Below the pieces are notes generated by a model. The model worked only from the letters and a program-made list of their open reading frames with translations, was not told the DNA's origin and ran no database searches. This document shows, piece by piece, positions 58,480 through 64,000 of a stretch of DNA of 64,000 bases. Made by a program: the position numbers and the translations under genes. Positions within the stretch are counted from its first letter, which is position 1; every line of letters begins with the position of its first letter. Source of the DNA: Candidatus Gastranaerophilales bacterium (GTDB lineage: Bacteria; Cyanobacteriota; Vampirovibrionia; Gastranaerophilales; Gastranaerophilaceae); assembly GCA_910588555.1 (NCBI GenBank), contig CAJUPC010000007.1, positions 316 to 64,315 of the forward strand. Direction: 5' to 3'.

Positions 58480-59645
58480 TGTTCAAACCTTTCTCTTTTG
58501 TGTAATTTTTGACGATAAATATCATCAGATACCATTAAAGCCAAATTTTTATAGCTTAATGCAACATTGGAATCTGAATTCACATCAGCAACAGGAACTC
58601 CTTTATTAATGGCCGACATCATTGTGAAGTAATTGTTCGGAATTTTCCAGTAAAGCTTTCTGCCAAGAACTTCTTCCACATCTTCAGCTTTAATCTCATC
58701 GTTTTCCATATAACGATTAATAAGAACCTGAACTTTGTCATTATCAAAACCGAGTTTTTCAAACAATTCCAAACATCTTTGACAATTTCTCAAAGCTGGC
58801 AGATTTACGATTGTAACAAGAAAAATTAAATCTGAATTTTCAAGCGCATTCATTGCCCTTGCTTCAAAACTTCCCGAAGTGTCAACAACAACGTATGAAA
58901 AAGTATCTCTTAATATATTAAACAATTTCTGAATATCTTTTGAAGATATATCGTCAACTTGCTTAAAATACGGAGGGTCTGCAAGTACATAAAGACTTGT
59001 GTCTTTGTATTTTTCAAGCGTTGAAAGAAGAAAATCTTCATTTATTTTATTCAAATTTTGAAGCATATAGGAAATATTGAAAGACGGCTTTAAATCCAAA
59101 AATGTTGTAACATCACCCATTTGAAAATTCAAATCAATTAATGCAACATTTTCTTTGGTAATTTTAGCAAGTTCAAGCGCCAAATTTGTTGCAATAGAAG
59201 TTTTTCCGACACCGCCTTTATTGGAATAAACAGTAATCACACGACATTTTGACTTTTTAGGCGCTGAATTCGTTAAATCACAATACACTTTATCGAGCAC
59301 ATCAAAAAATCCCTTTTTAATTACAGGTATAGAAAGAAAATCATAAGCACCTATTCTCATTGCTCTTATAACTAAGTCCACATCAGGTTTGTCTGACAAA
59401 ACAAGCACTCTGCAATTTTTGAATTCTGATGTAATTTTAGAAACAAAATTCAATCCTTGTTCTTGATAATCAGAGACATCAACTATAACAAGAACTTTTC
59501 CCTGCAGTTCTTTAACTGCTTCAAAAGCCTTAGAAATATCAGAAGTTCCGGCAAGAAACGAAAACTTTTCAAACTGATTAATATAAAGTTTCAAAAGTTC
59601 AATCGTGCTTGAGTGTTCTGAAATTATAATAGACGGTATATTCAT
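58476..59645 (-). CDS. CpaE/TadZ-like pilus assembly protein (pseudo-receiver plus ParA/MinD ATPase)
   Basis: N-terminal receiver-like domain, SNKGGVGKT, DLNFQMGD, AINKGVP. Confidence 0.85.
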   Translation of the reverse strand: MNIPSIIISEHSSTIELLKLYINQFEKFSFLAGTSDISKAFEAVKELQGKVLVIVDVSDYQEQGLNFVSKITSEFKNCRVLVLSDKPDVDLVIRAMRIGAYDFLSIPVIKKGFFDVLDKVYCDLTNSAPKKSKCRVITVYSNKGGVGKTSIATNLALELAKITKENVALIDLNFQMGDVTTFLDLKPSFNISYMLQNLNKINEDFLLSTLEKYKDTSLYVLADPPYFKQVDDISSKDIQKLFNILRDTFSYVVVDTSGSFEARAMNALENSDLIFLVTIVNLPALRNCQRCLELFEKLGFDNDKVQVLINRYMENDEIKAEDVEEVLGRKLYWKIPNNYFTMMSAINKGVPVADVNSDSNVALSYKNLALMVSDDIYRQKLHKRERFEH

Positions 59646-59710
59646 ACACAAATTATAGCACATATTACCCGAACAGGCAATTATTAAAAATATAAAATGA
59701 TAAATAAAAA

Positions 59711-59885
59711 AGCCCCGTACGAACGTGATTTTGTTGCCTGCGTGGTCTCGCAGGTGGGTGAATGCCCCGGATTATCCGTTTCCCGCTGGCGATTAAAAAA
59801 TCGGCGGGTATACTTCACATCCTGTCGGAGTCTTTTCTCCCTATTATAAAAAATGTAGGAACAAAATAAACATCCGTACAGAGCT
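59711..59885 (-). ncRNA. ssrS: 6S RNA
   Basis: About 175 nt. 5' AGCTCTGTACGGATG..TTTTGTT pairs with 3' AACAAAAT..CGTTCGTACGGGGCT; central bubble with CCCACCTGCG..CGCAGG hairpin; TG-N-TATAAT promoter. Confidence 0.8.
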
Positions 59886-59925
59886 GATTACATTATAACA
59901 TATTTATTTTATTAATTCAATAATC

Positions 59926-60597
59926 TTACTTACTAAATTTTTTAACACCGATGTAAAAACCGATATACATTGACAAAAGAACAATTGCAACAGTATTCAA
60001 AACATCGAGGTGCTGATATTCGTAATAAAAAATATTTGCAGCAATCGTAATTAAACCGAAACACAAAGCTGTAACCGTATATGAAAATGTATTAAATTTT
60101 TGAGGTTTTACAGCAGGTATAAAAGTATCGATACTTGATTGCTTCATTGCACTGTCATAAACATCTTGCGAGATTAAACCGTTTGATAAAAGGTGCAAAC
60201 ACGATTTTTCAAAAGATTTTTTAAGTTGTATTTCAACGAGTTTTAGCATTTCATCTTTTGATAAATTACCCAGAGTAGACTCTCTTGTCATTTCAAAAGC
60301 TACATAACCCAATTTTTGCAAAATACTTTCATGGTACATAGCAGGAATGTCCGAACGCAGCAAATCAACGTATTTATGAAAAGTCCATTCGGAAATAATT
60401 TGAGTAAGCATTTTTTTTGTATCCGAATTTTCAATATTTTCATCTTTTGAAAAAGCTTCACCTGCAATATAAGTAAAGTTATAAATCCTGTCTAAAAACT
60501 CTTTTTTATGTGAAAGAGCAATATCATCAGGCATACTGCTTTCTGCCTGCTTTGTCAAATTTTTTGCAAAACTTTTATAATCAAATACAGCTGTCAT
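59926..60597 (-). CDS. Hypothetical helical protein with two C-terminal TM segments
   Basis: RBS GGAGGT before MTAVFDY. Confidence 0.75.
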   Translation of the reverse strand: MTAVFDYKSFAKNLTKQAESSMPDDIALSHKKEFLDRIYNFTYIAGEAFSKDENIENSDTKKMLTQIISEWTFHKYVDLLRSDIPAMYHESILQKLGYVAFEMTRESTLGNLSKDEMLKLVEIQLKKSFEKSCLHLLSNGLISQDVYDSAMKQSSIDTFIPAVKPQKFNTFSYTVTALCFGLITIAANIFYYEYQHLDVLNTVAIVLLSMYIGFYIGVKKFSK

Positions 60598-60656
60598 AAG
60601 AACCTCCAAAGGTATTATAACATGCCTTGTTAATCAGGGCAAGCAATTTACAGAAG

Positions 60657-62828
60657 CTATCCCATTTTCAAAGTTTGCAGAGCCAGTTGCTCAGCCGCCT
60701 GCGCTCTTTTCATTGCCGCGTCAGCTGCTGACAAATCTTCATTATTTGCAAGCTGTGCACCAACCGGTGACGGAACATAATTTCTTACAGGTTCATTAGC
60801 CTGCCCTGCGGGTCTGAACGGCTCCGGACTGGGAACATAAGTATTTGTATCACCGTTTGTTTTTACTGCATTACTGTTTTTATATTTATCAAGTAGATTT
60901 GTTGAGCCTTGCTGAGTTGTCATTGTTTGCTGCTGCAATTGAGGAGGAAGCTGAACAGTATTAGGATTAATTTCTGCAGGTGCTTTTTCAGGTTCTTTTC
61001 CCTCATCAAGCAATGATTTTTTAGGTTTGCCAAATAACAGGTGCGAACCTTTTACCGCAAGTTTACTGAAGAACGGCAGAAGTATAAACATACCCAGAGC
61101 AATTCTCATCGGATAACCTGCCATTTGTTTCATTCCGAATTTCGGATGGCGGAACAAGTCTTTAATCTTGCTACCAATACCTTTTCTATAAGTTTTTGTA
61201 CCGTCTGCGGCAATATCTGCAATATCTTTTTTGTCATACGGTCTGATTTGTTCAAGACCGACAGAAACAATTCTTCCGACTTTCTTGAATAATTTAGTTA
61301 TCGGATTTTTAACGCCTGCATTAAGTTCTGCTTTCAAAGCTTTTCTTGCTTCTTTATATTCTGCTTTGTCTGCAAAACCGCCTGACATTGCTTTTTCATT
61401 AAATGCTGCAAGTTTTTCTCGATATGCTTCAACTGCTTTTTTATCCATACCCGCATACTGCAAACCGCCAATTTTGTGCATCATTTGAACAGCCATTGGC
61501 ATACAAACGAAGAATGCAACCATTTCAGTGAAGCGTTCCGTAAACGATTTGAATTTTTCTCCGCCTCCGCCCTCAGCTTTAGCAGATTTATAAATTACGT
61601 CGGCAAGATATGCCGCCTGAGCAATTGCAACAAGTTTTCCGCCAGCAACTCTGTTTGTCGCACCTTCCATTACAAGGTTTGCATATTTAGCAAGCCATTT
61701 ACCAAAAATTGATTTAGGCAATTTTTTATCATACCCGGTACGTTGAAGAGCTTCCAGCCACTCTTTATTTTCAGGCAATGTTAAATTTTTATTACCTAAG
61801 AATGCACCCATTTTATTTGCGGTTTCAGAAGCATAAACCTTTCTGCCGAATAAGAAATGTTTTGCTCTGCCCATTGCAGTTGCCGCAGTACCAGTCATCA
61901 TTGCGTACATTTTTTTATTAGCATTAGCCGCGGCTTCAAATACACGGGGAAGATGGTCCTGCATATTTTTGCCGATTTTCTCCATTTCGGCAAAATTTTT
62001 ATAGCCCCATTCAAAGGCTTTCATATCTTTCAAAACATTTGCACGTTCAACTATATCAAGATTTCTAAAACTTTCCATTGCTGCATCCAATACTGCACCG
62101 GTTTTAGCACCTTGTCTGCTGTATTTTGATAAGCATTCAAACTCTGCCAGCTGCATTAGTTCAGCTTTTTCCTTTGCTGTTGCAGCTTTAGAAATTAATT
62201 TTTTATATCTTGAAATATCTTCTTTTGTACCTGCATAACAGCCCAAATCTTCAATATTTTGAAGCGGCTTAATAAATTGTTCATCGTGTTGTTTGCAGTC
62301 AAATGCTACAAATCCGATACCGCCATTCCAGTTTCCCTTAACCATATCAAGTTCGGGTTTAGATGGTGTATATGCAAAGGCACGTGTTACCCTAAATCTG
62401 TCTATTAGATTTTTCTTTAAAAATCCTTTAACTTTTGTGCCTGCATTTTGAACAGATGCCCAAAAACCTGATTTTCCAAAACTACTGTTCTGGAAACGGC
62501 TCACTGCATCATCACCGAATTGTCCAATCTTATGATGAATTGTATCTTCAAAATTTCCACGGGATTTTTTCGCATAAACATCCATTCCCTGAGATATCGC
62601 AAACCATGCAGGAACAGCAATACCTGCTGTTGCAAGCATTGCTTTTGGGTCATCAGTTGTTTCGGCAACTCTGTTGGCAACATAAGTATCCTGAATATTT
62701 TCTTTCAAAAGTTCAGGATTAACAGCCTGCATAGCAATCTGCTGTCTTAACATTTCCTGCTGCTGCGGTGTTAAAGACTGAAACTGCATTTGATTTATTT
62801 GTTTTTTGTTGACATCGTTGTCGAGCAT
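60657..62828 (-). CDS. Large lineage-specific membrane-associated protein with Q-rich termini
   Basis: RBS AGGGGA before MLDNDVNK. Several hydrophobic helices; repeated YVPSP near the C-terminus. Confidence 0.8.
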   Translation of the reverse strand: MLDNDVNKKQINQMQFQSLTPQQQEMLRQQIAMQAVNPELLKENIQDTYVANRVAETTDDPKAMLATAGIAVPAWFAISQGMDVYAKKSRGNFEDTIHHKIGQFGDDAVSRFQNSSFGKSGFWASVQNAGTKVKGFLKKNLIDRFRVTRAFAYTPSKPELDMVKGNWNGGIGFVAFDCKQHDEQFIKPLQNIEDLGCYAGTKEDISRYKKLISKAATAKEKAELMQLAEFECLSKYSRQGAKTGAVLDAAMESFRNLDIVERANVLKDMKAFEWGYKNFAEMEKIGKNMQDHLPRVFEAAANANKKMYAMMTGTAATAMGRAKHFLFGRKVYASETANKMGAFLGNKNLTLPENKEWLEALQRTGYDKKLPKSIFGKWLAKYANLVMEGATNRVAGGKLVAIAQAAYLADVIYKSAKAEGGGGEKFKSFTERFTEMVAFFVCMPMAVQMMHKIGGLQYAGMDKKAVEAYREKLAAFNEKAMSGGFADKAEYKEARKALKAELNAGVKNPITKLFKKVGRIVSVGLEQIRPYDKKDIADIAADGTKTYRKGIGSKIKDLFRHPKFGMKQMAGYPMRIALGMFILLPFFSKLAVKGSHLLFGKPKKSLLDEGKEPEKAPAEINPNTVQLPPQLQQQTMTTQQGSTNLLDKYKNSNAVKTNGDTNTYVPSPEPFRPAGQANEPVRNYVPSPVGAQLANNEDLSAADAAMKRAQAAEQLALQTLKMG

Positions 62829-62888
62829 AGTTTCCCCTATATAGATATAAAAACATTCTTCACGCAATAATTGACTTTTAAAAAAGAA

Positions 62889-62953
62889 TGTAACGAAATG
62901 TAACAAGAAATAGCAAAATTGAAATTAAGAGATTTGTATATACTTTATATATA
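62889..62953 (+). promoter_or_regulatory. Tripartite promoter motif copy D
   Basis: TGTAAC-N4-TGTAAC-N16-GAAATT-N15-ACTTTATATATA. Confidence 0.7.
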
Positions 62954-63038
62954 CACAAGAGAGATTTAAAAACCAGAACAGAGCAAAAAGAGGATTGCTT
63001 CCTCTACAACACTATACAGACAAGAGAGGACGAAAAAA

Positions 63039-63203
63039 ATGGCTACAGCAAATTTGAAAAAAATTGACGACAAACTGAAAAGCATTTATGAAAATGAGAT
63101 TACCGTCAATAATAATCAGCCGTTTGAAGACCGCTCAGAACTGCTGTTTGCTCAGATGAACTTCATAGCAATGGCAAACAAACAAGCTTTGCATTTAATT
63201 TAG
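63039..63203 (+). CDS. 54-aa small protein (below ORF-track cutoff)
   Basis: RBS AGAGGA; MATANLKKIDDKLKSIYENEITVNNNQPFEDRSELLFAQMNFIAMANKQALHLI*; own promoter and terminator. Confidence 0.7.
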   Translation: MATANLKKIDDKLKSIYENEITVNNNQPFEDRSELLFAQMNFIAMANKQALHLI

Positions 63204-63264
63204 CTAATTATCAAAAATGATATAAATTTTAACTCCAATTTAATTTTTCCCCTACAAAATTTTT

Positions 63265-63291
63265 AGCAGAACAAGCGTTCTGCTTTTTTTT
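63265..63291 (+). terminator. Intrinsic terminator after the small ORF
   Basis: AGCAGAAC-AAGC-GTTCTGCT followed by a T-run. Confidence 0.85.
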
Positions 63292-63307
63292 GTTTTAAAA
63301 TAAGAAT

Positions 63308-63817
63308 ATGAAACTTTGTATTTTTGCAGGTACTTTTAACCCCATACATAATGCACATTTAAAAATGGCGCAATGTGCTTACGAACAATTCGGATTTGAT
63401 AAAATTATTTTTATCCCCGCATTTAATCCTCCACATAAAAATACAGCACTAAGCGAACACAGATACAAAATGGTTGAAATGGCTGTCAAGAATTATCCAC
63501 ATTTTGAAATTTCTGATATAGAATATAAAAGAAAAGGTAAATCTTACACATACCTCACAATATTAGAACTCTATGAAAAATATGATATTGAGGGAAAAAT
63601 AAGCTTTATTATCGGCAAAGACGCTTATAAAAATTTCGACAGCTGGTATGAAGCTGAAAAATTAAAAAATTTGATTGAATTTGTTTTGTTTGAAAGAGCT
63701 CCCGAAGACATATCTTCTACAGAAATAAGACAAAGAATTAAAGAAAACAAATCAATTAGTAACATGGTACCCAAAGAAGTCGGAGAATACATTGAAAGAC
63801 ATAACTTATATAAATAA
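63308..63817 (+). CDS. nadD: Nicotinate-nucleotide adenylyltransferase
   Basis: GTFNPIHNAH, PPHK, SYT, FIIG.D, ISSTEIR. Confidence 0.95.
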   Translation: MKLCIFAGTFNPIHNAHLKMAQCAYEQFGFDKIIFIPAFNPPHKNTALSEHRYKMVEMAVKNYPHFEISDIEYKRKGKSYTYLTILELYEKYDIEGKISFIIGKDAYKNFDSWYEAEKLKNLIEFVLFERAPEDISSTEIRQRIKENKSISNMVPKEVGEYIERHNLYK

Positions 63818-64000
63818 TTGGCTAAAAGATAATTTAAGCGATGAAAGATACATCCACACGCTGGGAACTGCCGAGTGTGCAAAAGAACTTGCGCAAAAAT
63901 TTGGATTCAATCCTGAAAAAGCATACCTTGCCGGGCTTTTGCATGACTGCGCAAAATGTTTTTCTAATGAGAAACTTCTTGAAATAATTAAGGAAAATCT
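63792..64000 (+). CDS. yqeK: HD-domain Ap4A hydrolase YqeK (partial)
   Basis: TTG start after GGAG; RYIHTLG...AYLAGLLHDCAK; follows nadD. Confidence 0.85.
   Translation, partial: MKDITYINNWLKDNLSDERYIHTLGTAECAKELAQKFGFNPEKAYLAGLLHDCAKCFSNEKLLEIIKEN

Noticed and set aside
1..64000. Prophage, IS element or integrase at tRNA-Leu or elsewhere
   Set aside because: No transposase, recombinase or phage structural motifs were seen, and no duplicated tRNA 3' end.

Overview
AT-rich bacterial chromosomal window, most likely from a non-photosynthetic cyanobacterial relative (Melainabacteria/Gastranaerophilales). This taxonomy is an inference from the ribosomal/SecY proteins and the expanded AFTLAEVLITLGIIGVVAA pilin family. 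The housekeeping backbone includes thrB, rpsE-rpmD-rplO-secY, rpsL-rpsG, glyS, yebC, tsaE/tsaB, recN, uvrB, nadD-yqeK, tRNA-Leu(TAA), a long Alu-domain SRP RNA and 6S RNA. Three accessory layers are interleaved with it. (1) Five dispersed type IV pilin-like genes. Three carry the same GCTmAGATTG-C(10-12)-GA cassette in their leader (twice sense, once antisense), all three are currently out of frame, and all three are restored by exactly 11 repeats, which suggests a phase-variable pilin repertoire. (2) A family of helical-hairpin proteins with flagellin-like architecture but no flagellin motifs (1021, 22144, 22824), plus other lineage-specific genes, behind precisely spaced promoters: sigma28-like, or a GCAATW-N15-ACTTTATATAT motif, mostly preceded by a TGTWAC box 15-18 nt upstream. 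(3) Orphan enzymes with a shared S/N/P/I-rich non-Sec N-terminal leader and a shared upstream motif: 5'-nucleotidase, AAA ATPase, split HNH nuclease, putative deamidase and an MTP18-like membrane protein. Layers 2 and 3 may form an undescribed export/effector regulon. No CRISPR array, transposase, integrase or prophage was seen. All calls are by eye; no searches were run.
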